Position numbers and translations under genes: made by a program | DNA from: Eledone cirrhosa | Taxonomy: Eukaryota | Reading direction: 5' to 3' | Assembly: GCA_964016885.1 (NCBI GenBank) | Contig: OZ024740.1 | Coordinates: 327,360,001 to 327,424,000, forward strand | Length of the DNA: 64,000 nt | Notes under the pieces: generated by a model | Databases searched by the model: none | Seen by the model: the letters and a program-made list of their open reading frames with translations, nothing else | What the model was told of the DNA's origin: nothing | In this document: piece after piece, positions 1 through 20,563 of the stretch | Numbering within the stretch: position 1 is the first letter of the stretch | Layout: the number at the start of each line of letters is the position of its first letter

Positions 1-412
1 CAACATTTCCGATTGTTTTTTCTGACACACCAAACCTTTTTGCAATTGACTTCATTGATTTTCCTGGATTGTCATCAATGTTTCGCTTAACTTCCTGAAT
101 AAATTCAGGTGTCCTGATGGAATCAGAGCATTTGGAATGTTTTTTTACGTTTTGATACAGGTAATGCGCTTCCATCTTCTTTCTCTAACTCACACAGAAT
201 CTTGAGGACAAAAGATCTTGCAGCTTTCAGAAAACGATAAATATTCTAAATCACCATGCTTAGCCTTCAAAGCCACAATCACAACATACCTTTTCATTTC
301 ATTAGCAAGCATAGTTATTTTCATTGTTATTTTCTGAGATAGAAGTTCAATAAAAATTAGTCAAATGAAATAATAACTAAAAAAGCATGTGTCCTCGAAT
401 ACCGGCCGTACC

Positions 413-415
<3 letters not shown>
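1..415 (-). mobile_element. Tc1/mariner-superfamily DNA transposon, 5' end with frameshifted transposase N-terminus (continues beyond window)
   Basis: Minus strand from ATG at 312 reads MLANEMKRYVVIVALKAKHG.., then after a frameshift ..SIRTPEFIQEVKRNIDDNPGKSMKSIAKRFGVSEKTIGNV, an HTH-like segment typical of Tc1/mariner transposases. A CAGGGT-type TIR start at about 415 abuts (TA)n. Confidence 0.75.
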
Positions 416-6905
<6,490 letters not shown>

Positions 6906-6980
6906 CGTAAACCTCTTCAAATGAAGTTGATGTTTATTACGGTATGTCGAATATATTTATCTATAAAACTGTTTATATTG

Positions 6981-7046
6981 TATTTTGTCTGATGAAGGCA
7001 TAGCATATTGTTAATATGATATCCCCGAAATATATATAATGAAATA
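6981..7046 (+). ncRNA. Hammerhead ribozyme motif, partly degenerate, in a PLE pLTR-like fragment
   Basis: UAUUUUGU-CUGAUGA-[AGGCAUAGCAUAUU-GUU-AAUAUGAUAUCCCC]-GAAA-UAUAUA-UA/AUGAAAUA. Stem I pairs with two G-U pairs and stem II is imperfect. Confidence 0.65.
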
Positions 7047-7086
7047 GATATGGTTTTATAAATATAGTTTTCCATTTATTTAATAT

Positions 7087-8945
<1,859 letters not shown>

Positions 8946-9525
8946 TCTTGATATATTTATTTTTTATTTTTCTTTTCTTTTTATTTCTAAATTTATAGAT
9001 ACATTTATAAATAGGCAGCTTGCTGACACCGCTAAATACTGACCTCTCCCCCCCCCCACCTACTTTCTGTATCTGGATCTAAATATGTGTGGCAGTGTTT
9101 ATGTGCGCGCATTAATGTCCATATGCTTATGATAATAGTATATACACATATATATGTGTGTGGGGGTGTGTGTGTGTATGTATGTTCGTGGTTGTGTGTA
9201 TGTTTATGCGTATACGCGCGTGTGTGTGTGAATGTACGTATATGTGTGGGTATATGAATGTGTGTGTATATTTGTTTTTATACGTATTTTATCTGTAGAT
9301 TATAAACATACAGAGACATTAGCCTTGAATTTTTGTATTTACATACATCTTTTTGGCATGCGTATGCATGTGAACATATATCTTTATGCATATCTTTGAA
9401 CGAAGTTAATTACATATATACACACACCTAACTGTATAAACTTTTTGTATTTTCATTGGTCAATTTGAACTCTGTTCCCAAACAGACCTGTAATTTTGAA
9501 TTGTTGTTATTATCAATAAATATAT

Positions 9526-9679
9526 TTCATTATTTCTGAAGACGGCATATATATGTGTTGGTATGTATATTTAATTTTGATAGTTTGTATAATTTTGTAT
9601 AATTTTGTACATAGATCTGTTGAATATGCATGCCAATTCTAACACATATATATCCTAGAAACGATCGTTAAATAATGAA
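9526..9679 (+). ncRNA. Type I hammerhead ribozyme with an extended (~115 nt) stem II
   Basis: UUCAUUAUUU-CUGAAGA-[..AUAUAUAUGUGUUGG...CUAACACAUAUAUAU..]-GAAA-C-GAUC-G-UU/AAAUAAUGAA. Stem I is a perfect 10 bp and loop III is the palindrome GAUC. Confidence 0.75.
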
Positions 9680-9923
9680 CTTTTTTTGTTTAATATAAGG
9701 AACTGTTTCATTGTTTTATTCATTAGTTTTTTAATATTTTATATACATACATATATATATATATACATACATATATATATATATACATATATATATATAC
9801 ATACATATATATATATATATACATACATATATATATATATACATACATATATATATACATACATACATCTATATATACATACATACATACATATATACAT
9901 ACATACATACATACATACATACA

Positions 9924-10418
9924 TGGTGGCTGCCAACTCGTTTTCGAGTACGGCCACTACTTTATATCCATGTAGGAGAACCCCTACCGATGCGCTGAAC
10001 GAGTGTGACTTTTTAGTCCAGCCAGCGACTTGAAAACTCTGGTACAAACACTACACTTGTGACAATTACTGACACATAGTGCTGGGCCCATGGTACCATG
10101 TGACGACAAGTGCAGAGAGATCTCCAGATATAAAGCAATGCCTGTGCCGTGAAGCTTTTATAGTGAGCAAAGGCACTGCACAAAGCCAGTCCCACTCTCT
10201 TAACCAAGATGATATTTACCAAAAAGAAGAACAAGTCAACATCATTGGATACCATCAGGGTTGCAGGTGTTATATCAGAGTTTTCCTTCTCCTAGAATTC
10301 TGCCTTGACAAAGGCTAAGGGGTCAACTCTCCCGGTGATTTTGGATGGCCATTGACTCTTAAGAGCTCCTTTGCCCTTTGACAGGTTTTGTTTTTAGTCC
10401 TGCAGGATGTCCAAAGTC

Positions 10419-10421
<3 letters not shown>
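9924..10421 (-). mobile_element. Non-autonomous RTE-related short element, 5'-truncated, (ATGT)n tail
   Basis: Near-identical reverse complement of 14056-14553. Contains the RTE-type 5'UTR motif TAGGAGAAGGAAAACTCTG. The tail merges with the (CATA)n tract at 9740-9923. Confidence 0.6.
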
Positions 10422-10501
<80 letters not shown>

Positions 10502-10506
<5 letters not shown>

Positions 10507-10791
10507 TATTGAAGTTTACTTGAAGCATTGTGGAATAACAAGGTAAATTTCTTTAAGGCGTTTGGAAGCCTCGACAATGCAGATGGGTAAATCTCCGGGT
10601 AACAAGATCCGGTGGTGGAAAGAGAGATGTAAGTGAGTGTACGTTGAGATGCGTGGCGTGTATAAGACTGTAGCGTGTAGAAGAATGAAGGAAAGAGCGT
10701 AAAGGATAAAAATAAAAAATAACAACACGAGATAGAGTTACCTTGGGAGAGATTTAATTGTCCCTATATATTTCGGAGTCACGTCCATCAA
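10502..10791 (-). repeat. Dispersed repeat, probably a PLE pLTR-like fragment (also at 48620-48862, 49878-50089, 15428-15482)
   Basis: High sequence identity among the copies. Starts with a hammerhead-like 3' half (GGA..UCC-GAAA-UAUA-UA-GGGAC). Joined to the R4-type LINE through ttgatg microhomology. Confidence 0.55.
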
Positions 10792-13700
10792 CTGCAGATT
10801 TCTCATCAGTTCTGCATAAATATTCTCCTTTTCGCTAACCTTTGATATTATATTGGCACATGATGGGCAGCTAATTTCCACTACTATGCATGCTTTCTTC
10901 TCCCTGTCCCATATTATAATATCTGGTCTGTTATGCCGGCATTTTATTGGGGTTTTTACTGGAAGATTCCACATTGCTGTAGATTTTAATGTGATTATTA
11001 TCGGGACTATCTTTTTTACGAAATGCATTGTAGAGTGTTTTGGCCACTACATGACCAAATCTTTCTTAATCAGGTGTAGTATTCCCTGGTTACGCGTTCC
11101 TTATTACAGAGACCATTATAGGATATGTTCTCATCTATCCCCAGCTATCTGTAGCACTCCTCATCAGATATCGGTGAAACAGTTAGGCCATTGATGACAA
11201 TGGTGCTAGATTGGGTTGTTGTTTTTCCGCGCATTACAGTCATGTATGAGCATTTATCTTGGCCAAACTCCATTCCTATATCCTTTGAGAACGTTGTAAC
11301 CAGGTCAAGACTTTTCATCATCCCATCCACGTTCTTGGCATAGAGTTTCAGATCGTCCACAAAGAAATTATGGGTTAGGTTCGTATTTCCGTCCTCTTGT
11401 GAGCCAATGATGTATCCCTCACATTTCTTGAGCAGAAAGGACAAGGGGGTTTAATGACAAGATGAATAATATCACAGAGAGACTGTCCCCCTGCGATATT
11501 TTATTTTATCAGTGAAAATAGAGTCCTCTCCTCTCTGTCTTTAACCTTAGGATAGTAGCCCAAGAAGAAGACAGCCTCTCTATGGCTCTGACAATAATGT
11601 CTGGGATTTAGCAAGTTGGAGGGCCTCTATCATCCAAGAGTGGGTAATAGACTCGAAGGCTTACCTGCAGTCCAGCCAGACTGTAGTCATATTCCTCCTA
11701 AGTTGTCGCACCTCCGACATCGCAGTTTTGTTGATTAGGAGTTGTTCAGCACATCCCAAACCCCTTTCTATCCAGCTGCTTGTTCATCTGTGATGATGAT
11801 ATTATTTTCACAGTGATCTTGGAGAAATAGGTTCAGGCAGACTGTATACATCTTATACATCAGGTTCTGAAATGCAATGGGTCGGTAATTTTTTTCCAAC
11901 TGGGTGTCTTTGTTCTTGGGTACCAGTAATGTTTGTGCTAATGTCAACCATTCTTGTATAAGTGTATCTCCCTTAATAACTTGTTGGTAGAGGTCAGTAA
12001 GATACCTCCGATAGAATATCAGTTTTTTGTACCAATAGCCGACAATCATGTCTCTTCCTGGTGTTTTCTTATCTTGGAGTTTTCCTATCACAATCTCAAG
12101 GGTACCCTCACTTATTTCGTATGTTGTTGTTGTAGTGTAGAAGCAATAGTTCTTTCGGATTTCTCTTAGCCACACTGCATCTTGGTTGAAATTCTTCTTT
12201 TCACCCCATATTTTGCTACAAAAGGAATCTATGTCTTTCTGGCATGGGGCCTCAGTGACACTTATTATTTTGCCCTTCATATCTCTATAGACTAATGTTT
12301 GGTTTCGTCTGAATCTTTTATTAAGCACATTGTTCTCATCTACCTTCTTCAGGTATCGGTGTTTTTCGCTAACAGCTCTCAATTCTTGTTTGAGTGTGAT
12401 CAGCTTATATTGAAGAGTTATGGTTCTACTGTTACCAAACATCGTCTCTATTTTATTTTTCACTCTTTGTTAGTGAGGAGTGAGGTTTGTTTTTGTATTT
12501 GTTTGCATGTAAGCAGCATTGTCACATGCCCTATGTTTTTTCGTAGGTCAGCACTCTTATTTTCTATTTTAGTTATATATGATGGTATTTTTGGTGGTGT
12601 TCTGTTCTTGTTAATATCTCTGCTATCACCATATAATGCTTCACTGTCGTTGCTAAGGCATATAAACAGGCGTTGATTTGCCAAAATGTTGGGATTTTTA
12701 TCCGTCTTAATATTCATCCCCTATTTCGTCAATAACACGTTATATTTCAATATTTGGTTTTTTATTAAACATTGTCGTTTTAACACGTTCAGCAAGAGAG
12801 ATATTTATACATGAGTTAATTTCTCTCTGGAAGATTTCGTTGGGGGAAATTTTCAATTGTTTATACTTTTGATTATTATCATTATTATGAAAGGACGGTA
12901 GATTGGCAGTATCGGTAGAGAGACGGACACCATGCTTTGAAGCATAGACTTACGCCCCTTTATGATCTGAGTTCAAATCCTGTCGAGGTTAACTTTGCCT
13001 TTCACCCTTACGGGGTCGATAAAATAAAGTACCTGTAATACACTGGGTATTTGCTGGCCTTGTGCCAAAAGTAGAAACAATTATTATCATTATCGATAGT
13101 ATTTTCCACAACAGTCGAGGTAGACTTGGATGGTACACGTGGTGTCAAATTTCTTCGATTATTATTATTATTTCTTCGATTATTATTATTATCGATAGTG
13201 TTTTCCCCAGCATTCGAGGTAGACTTAGATGGTACAGGTGGTGTCAAGTTTCTAACAGGCATAGTTGTTTCAAGGCGCTGTTCGACCTGGCGGCTAGGAA
13301 GTCTAGTAGCATGGCGACCTGTAGCACGTGTTGTTGATCCCATGTTTGTTGTGGGGGACTTACAATTAATACTATTTATCTTATTTTTACGTTCAACAAA
13401 CGTCGCTTGTTGGCGTAATTGTTTCGCTGTGCAATAATTTAGCTCTGGGTGCATTTCGTCCCAGTGTAGCTTCATTCTGTTCATATAGCCAATGGAGGGA
13501 TTGTTTTTTGCCATTTTATAACAATTAAATAAATCATTATTAAGTTCGCAACTCCAAGAGAAATGCGATTTATAATTTCGGTTTCTTCTGTAGCTACAAC
13601 TGAATAAAGTTTGTTTACCTTCCTTGTTATTTGTCTTCGGTACTTCCTTAATTTTCTTGTTGATGTTGTGTGCAGCCATGCTGTTTGTAGTAAATCCTTG

Positions 13701-13890
13701 TAAAATGAATTATGTATTTAGTCGGATATCTCTACGAATTTGAATAAAAGGTGTCTTCAGAAGATATAGTTAGAAGAATAACCAGTTATTCAACATGACT
13801 GTAGTTGTGGCATTACTGTCGGAGATAGTATTCATCTTAAATTTAATAAATAGTCTCCCACGCCAAAATATGCGACTGATCGCGTTGACT
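10785..13890 (-). mobile_element. Degenerate R4/Dong-type non-LTR retrotransposon (RT plus restriction-like endonuclease), internally deleted
   Basis: Collinear minus-strand fragments: N-terminal WSCELNNDLFNCY..GYMNRMKLHW (13008-13679); RT KTPGRDMIVGYWYKKL..NYRPIA..EQAAG (11768-12463); HNFFVDDLKLYAK (11145-11444); PD-(D/E)xK nuclease HNRPDIIIWD..VVEISCP..KENIY (10738-11028). Frameshifts and stops lie between them. Confidence 0.88.
12893..13086 (+). mobile_element. tRNA-derived SINE (main family), inserted in the LINE ORF
   Basis: A-box-like tggcagtatcggtag, B-box gagttcaaatc, central tttcacccttacggggtcgataaaat, and an (ATT)-type tail. Inserted in an (ATT)n poly-Asn tract. Confidence 0.9.
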
Positions 13891-13946
13891 GTATATATGT
13901 ATGATTGTATGCATGTATGACTGTATGTATGTATGTATTTTATGTC

Positions 13947-14553
13947 AGGTCACCAGTTGGTGCTACTGGTAACATGTATCCCAGTACAACCCGTCTCATG
14001 GTCGGGTCGTTGGCGACTAAACTGGCAACCCCACCAAGGTTTCTTGGTGAGGAGAGTGACTTTGGACATCCTGCAGGACTAAAAACAAAACCTGTCAAAG
14101 TGCAAAGGAGCCCTTAAGAGTCAATGGCCATCCAAAATCACCGGGAGAGATGACCCCTTAGCCTTTGTCAAGGCAGAATTCTAGGAGAAGGAAAACTCTG
14201 ATATAACACCTGCAACGCTGATGGTATCCAATGATGTTGACTTGTTATTCTTTTTGGTAAATATCATCTTGGTTAAGAGAGTGGGACTGGCTTTGTGCAG
14301 TGCCTTTGCTCACTATAAAAGCTTCATGGCACAGGCATTGCTTTATATCTGGAGATCTCTCTGCACTTGTCGTCACATGGTACCTTGGGCCCAGCACTAT
14401 GTGTCAAAAATTGTCACAAGTGTAATGTTTGTACCAGAGTTTTCAAGTCGCTAGCTGGACTAAAAAGTCACACTCGTTCAGCGCATCGGTAGGGGTTCTC
14501 CTACATGGATATAAGGTAGTGGCCGTACTCGAAAACGAGTTGGCAGCCACCAT
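13947..14553 (+). mobile_element. Non-autonomous RTE-related short element (~600 bp), longer copy
   Basis: RTE-type motif tctaggagaaggaaaactctg at about 14180. Ends ggcagccacc-atgta. Sits in (TATG)n. Inverted copy at 9924-10421. No credible ORF. Confidence 0.6.
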
Positions 14554-14896
14554 GTATCTGTGTATCTGGTTTTATAATTTCAAATGTTTGCCAATAGAGA
14601 GAGAGTCGGTTTCTAACATAGATACAAGACTCTGTCATTGGAATTTACACAACATCAACTAGGTAGATATGTATGCATGTCTGCATGCATGTGTGTGCAG
14701 TTGTGGATGTTATTGTATGTGTGGATGTGTATCTTTCGAGTTGTATGTGTGCATGTGTACATGCTTTATATCTGTACAATTGTATATGCAGTTATTAGAT
14801 GCAGAATTTTGGGAATATTTTACATATTTTTACTGTTCCATTAATGGATTGTAATTGTAATTTCCTAACTATGTATGTATATATGTATGTATGTTA

Positions 14897-15090
14897 AACC
14901 ACTGGGAGTGAAGGACCCCTAGCCTGTGTCAGGGCATTCATCTAGGAGAAGGCAACTCAGGAAACTGGGATAACTCCGACATAAAACCTGCGGCTCAGTA
15001 GTTACCGATGATGTTGATCTTTTCTTCTTTTCGGGTTATAGCTACTGTCGCTCAGAGAGTGGGATTGGCGCAGTGCACAGTCTTTCCTCG
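14897..15090 (+). mobile_element. Diverged RTE-related 5'UTR fragment
   Basis: gacccctagcctgtgtcagggc..tctaggagaaggcaactc..gatgttgatc..gagagtgggattggc aligns with 14150-14300. Confidence 0.55.
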
Positions 15091-15182
15091 ATAGAATTAA
15101 TTAATAATTATTAATAATGTTATATTGTGCAATGGCCATACTCGATCACGAGGGGGAAGCCATCATTTATGTATAGAGAGAA

Positions 15183-15352
<170 letters not shown>

Positions 15353-15534
15353 GAAAGACAACAAGTTTGAATATGAAGCCGCCATGTTCAAAGGTCACTT
15401 AGTTTAAGAAAGTATAATAAAAAATAAGAGAGTATTGAAGTTTGCTTGAAGCATTGTGGAATAATAAGGTAAATTTCTTTAAAAATGTATTTTGATTCTG
15501 ATATGGAGTGGAAGAGAAAATGATTGACTAAATG

Positions 15535-15607
15535 AGAAGAAGAAGAAGAAGAAGAAGAAGAAGAAGAAGAAGAAGAAGAAGAAGAAGAAGAAGAAGAAGA
15601 AGAAGAA
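15535..15607. repeat. (GAA)n microsatellite
   Basis: Directly visible. Confidence 0.98.
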
Positions 15608-18405
15608 CGATGATGATAGAATTGTAGAAAGCGTTACACTGGAACACATGCAGACGATATGGAGGTAGAGCAAGGAAGTAGCGTAATATAACAGTGACAA
15701 TGAGGATAATTGAGGTAATGGATGGAACTGATGAAAATAATGATGATATTAATATTAATGATAATGATGATGATGATAAAGAAGAAGAAAGAAAGAAAGA
15801 AAGAAAACCATAGTTAAGAAAATTAGATTTATATAAAAGTGGATGATGACATTATCCGATGTTTATGACTTTCTCTGCAGGGTATTAACAACGTAATTGA
15901 ACTGAAGTGGTTACATTAGAAAATGTGGTTTGGTATCTAAGACGACCAAACTTCAATCATTACTTTGAATGTCGTCAATTCAAGTGTGATCTCTAAAGAT
16001 CAGAGTCATTCATATAAATCAGCGCTCGGTTCCATCCCTCATGTATTTTAAGCTAATGGAAAATAAATGTCTTCTTGAATATAATAGTCTATTGCAGGTG
16101 ACATCCCCAGACAAACCGGGGTTTAATTCCGTGAGCTATGTGACCTAGTGTATAGAGAATTAAGTATGAATTAGTGACTGAATGTCATGTCCATTTTGGA
16201 TGCAGTGATGGAGGAATATATTAGAATTAAAGTACTCAAAATCACGAATCTGAGCGCACACCAGATGTAAGCATAATCATATCCTATTACCAGAATATGG
16301 ATTCTTGCAGACGTTCAGACCAGGCCTCTGTCTTCCTCCCTATTAATGTTATCTTCTCAGACATCGAATTTCAGTTATTCTGGCTTGACATATCCTGTAT
16401 CAATCTCACTGCCCACTGAAGGCCTACACATGTTATATACACTGCCAATAGAAAGGAAATCAAAGTGACTGACAGCTTATGTATACATTTTCCTTTTTGA
16501 ATCTTCTAAATCAAAATATAAGACAAGATAATTTGAAAATGAGACGGAAATCGAAGCATGTTCAGTAAGGAATAATTTATTAATCTATGCCTGTTCATTA
16601 AAGTTTGTTTAACTAAAGTTTGTTTAACTAACATCCCAAATATAAGAGATCAGAGCACTCATACTGGAACACATTTAGGTCTCACATAGGGTTCATATTT
16701 GCGGATAGATCTAGACTAAACAGCAAGTTCTCTTGATGCATATTAAATATAAGGCAGTGGAGTAATAATTGTTATTTTACCGATGATCTGAACCTAGAAC
16801 AATTATATACCGAATAAAATAAGACAGAGCAAGAGTCTGCTTCAAATCCAATATGTTCGCCAACGAAAATATAAAGATACATAATCAGGTTCCTATCGCC
16901 TAAGGGATGCTTTTCTGTAGTAATGTCAACTTAATATAATATCATTGTATAGGGAACAAGTATTTCATATGATTGACTGTAAAGGTTAACGGCCTTGGTG
17001 GTGATCTCTCAACCAATTAGGAAAGTAAAACTGAAATATCACCGAAATAGTTTGGTGGGTGAATGACTCGCTTCAATGTTTCTAGATTAGTGCTTATGGA
17101 AGAGATTTCCTCTATAGAGTTATTTTCTCTCTCAAATGTAGTTTTAGTTATTTGATCAATAAGGACAAATACAAATAGTTTAAAGTTTAAAGAGCATGAA
17201 GTGCAATTCATATTTCACATAAGTGTTTTTCTTTAAACCTACTCCACTTAAGGGAGAAGATGAAGTTATAAGCCTCAACGGCTTTGGAACTATTTTTGTA
17301 ATATGAATTTAATGCATAATAAATGTGATGTAGTTCAATGACATCCTATCAATGACATCTTATTAACAGACATAGTAAGTTAAATTAAAAGCGCCTCCAC
17401 GTGTTTTTGATATATTGCTCACTTTATTTCAATACCAATTTGGTAACGACAGTGATGTATCCCTTACACTTTTTAGTAGGAAGTTTCATTATCGCTAATA
17501 ATGTTTCTTCTCTTAACAAATTTAATTTAATTGGGTTAAGAATTATTTTCGACTCACCACATACAAAAGGCACACTTGGGGAATTTTCAATCAGAGACTG
17601 ACACAAAAGCTATATGCTCTTCACGTCATTCTATGTTGAGGAGGTCTAATAAGACCTTAAACATGTCTAGAAATGTCATCACAGTTTCCAAACGTCAGAC
17701 GTACCCCCCCCCCCCTCACCACCATATCTCCACTTAATATTTATAGTTCTCGACTTTGTTTATTTCGATAAGAATTTTCATTAAGACTAATGATTTTCAT
17801 TCCTATTACAAATGTAAATTACCTAAAACTTAATTTTCCTTTCATTAAATTATGAACTGCGCTTAACTAACTGCAACTAGTTGATTACGCTCGGCCAAAT
17901 GACTATTAAACTTAATGGTATGAGGCAGGTTACTGTTTAGAAAAAGTTATTTCTTTATAGCTTATAAGATAAATCTCTTTCTATTTGATAATGTCGATGA
18001 TTGTACTCTAAAATATATCTTCGAGATAATACAGAGAATTGAATTAGCTGTATTAATTTAATATTGAGGTAAATAAAATACGCAGAATCATCATGAATCT
18101 CTCTCATAGTTGCTACTGTAATCTTCTATCACTGAAAGGCGAAGAGCCTGATATGTAAAAAATTCAATTATGCTAAATGTATAAGTCTAAAATGTATTTT
18201 GTATGATTATTAGATTATTCCTTTTCGTTTTGACGCAATTCACAATATACTGACATTGGAATGTCTCTATAAAACTGTTAGTCAGTATCCAACGACAATA
18301 AAGCTCTTGCTACGTACAAACAATTCATTTTATTTAGCTGCAAACTAATCCTATGAGATATGCCTATTGATATGTAATGCTGTGTAAATAACACGACACT
18401 AGATG

Positions 18406-19558
18406 TATCAGATTGATGCAAAAATAATTGTGGTTTTGTGGTATTAAAAAAAATGTGATGCTTATTTTGGAATAAACTTTAATTTAATCATGTGCATGTA
18501 AGCGCAGATTTCGGTCTATTGATGTATGTTAATGGTGTTGCGTTCTCTGTTTATTCTTCTATATTTGGTGCTTGTCAAATTTAATATGAAAAGGAATTCG
18601 ATAGATTTTATTGTAGGAGTTTAAAAGGAAACACAAAGAAGTGGAAGTTGCTCACAATACAATATCAACCAAACATTTTGTTAAGTAATTGTCAAAGTTT
18701 GTACAGCTCAACATTAGTTTCAAAATATTCGTGGTAGATACCAGAGCCTTGAAGATAGGGATAGTCGTAGATGACTTTCTGCGATTGACAATTACTAACT
18801 GTGGGGCGTTAAAAACGTTTAGCTTAGGACAACAACTTGATGAAGAAACAAACGTTGACTATTGAACAGTTGTTCTGCATTTGCCACCAAATTGGAAAAT
18901 CAAAACATCTTAACTGTGTGCTGCACAAGATGACCGAAAATGCCTCCTCTCCCAAAAATAATCACATTGTAACAATGTATTGAAAATGAATTCTAAACGA
19001 AAACATCAAAACTATTTTCTAAACTGAAGCTCTATCAAAAAAGGTTATGGATACGATTTAATGGCTGATATGTGAGTTGATCTACTACTGTATCTTGAAT
19101 TGTGGTGAAATAATCACATCAGAGAAATATTGAGAAAATACCGATATAATACAATGAACCCCAAGGTTTACATCCAGCACTGGTCCAAATCTTCTCCATG
19201 AAAACGCCTGACCACACGTCTTGCAAATAGCTCTGCTGAAACAGAGCGAAGCGGAATACGAAACTTTATTTCATCCACCGTACTCCCCAGATTTCTCTAC
19301 AACCGTCTATCATATTTTCAAGCATCACGATATATGCTTGCAACAGAATTTTTTCAACTACCAAGCAACAGTTCAAAATGACAGTTCCATGACTCCAGAA
19401 TTCTTTAATATAGATAAAAATAATCTTGTTTCTTGTTGTCGAAAACGTTTAAATTCTGGTGGTTATAATTTCAATTAATAATTATTATTCTGAGTTGAGT
19501 TATAATCCTTTTAAAGTTAATGGTTAAAAATCTGAATTATTTTAGTATCATACCGAAT
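18406..19558 (+). mobile_element. Degenerate near-full-length mariner element
   Basis: ORF remnant 19221-19478 contains YETLFHPPYSPDFSTTVYHIF (mariner HPPYSPDLAPSDYHLF motif). Mariner-like TIR remnants: tcagattgatgcaaaaataattgtggtttt on the left and aaaatctgaattattttagtatcataccgaa on the right. Length about 1.15 kb. Confidence 0.85.
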
Positions 19559-20354
19559 GTAAATGAACAACTTTTTACCGTACTTTTTTCTGTATTTGAA
19601 TTTCAGTCGTATATAATTATAGCTAATTTAAAATCGAAAATCTCAGGCTTAAAACAGAATAGTTGTGCCCGAAGAAATATCCTGCATAACTGAACCACAA
19701 ATATTTCATATGCTTATTGATATAAACGATTCTGTATAATAAGAGTTATCTACCATCATCTTTATATAATCATATTTATTATTCAACTGCATAGCAAAAT
19801 ACTATATTTAACATACCTTTGTGATTAGTATCATATGTTAAAGTGACTTCGAGCTTTTATTGACTTTCCATAAATAGTTTACATGCATCTTCCTGTAATA
19901 TTCTTTTAGTCTGAGATAGTGTCTCAATTTATGAGCAGTATCATAAACTACACCCAGAAAAAATCTCTTCGCGTGATTTTCAAAACCTCCCTAGCAAATA
20001 ATACAGAAGTTCTGCAATATTCTTGAGGATTATTCTGTCTTTATTTTGTTTACCTTCTTTATTTACTCATTGATCTCTCGATAATCCTGTTTCTTGCAAC
20101 CTGCATAAACTCATCTTCCTATTCTTTCACTTTTTAGTCGCTGCCCCTCTCTTACATACACACACACACATACACACACACATTTCTTACTTTATTCCTT
20201 TAATTTAAAGTAGCCAGTGTATGCGAAAATCTTATGTTGTGTAAATATTACTTTGTGTGAGGAAGGTAAGTGCACACTGAATGTATAAGTATAATCATTA
20301 ACTGCTATTATATTTTAGGCAGTTAAGCTTTTGTACACACATTAATTTCCAAAG

Positions 20355-20563
20355 TGATTGGCAGAATCGGTAGAGCGTCGGACACCATGCTTTGCAGCAT
20401 AGAGTTACGGTCCTTTACGTTCTGAGTTCAAATTACGCCGAGATTAGTTTGCCTTTCATCCTTAGATGGTCGATAAGATAAAGCATCAGTGATGCACTGT
20501 GGTCGATTTAATCGACTTTCCCTTCCCCCCAAAATTGCTGACCTTGTGCCTATATCAGAAATC
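20355..20563 (+). mobile_element. tRNA-derived SINE (longer subfamily)
   Basis: Aligns to the main SINE with an extra gtcgatttaatcgac..ccccaaaattgctg segment. Confidence 0.88.

Noticed and set aside
10013-14662. Duplicated short ORFs MVSNDVDL.. and MYQSFQVA..
   Set aside because: Chance ORFs inside the two copies of the non-coding RTE-related element.
15865-15930. Splice-acceptor-like tttctctgcag, suggesting a host exon
   Set aside because: All frames close quickly, with no convincing donor site or recognisable protein. Small or non-coding exons cannot be excluded without RNA data.
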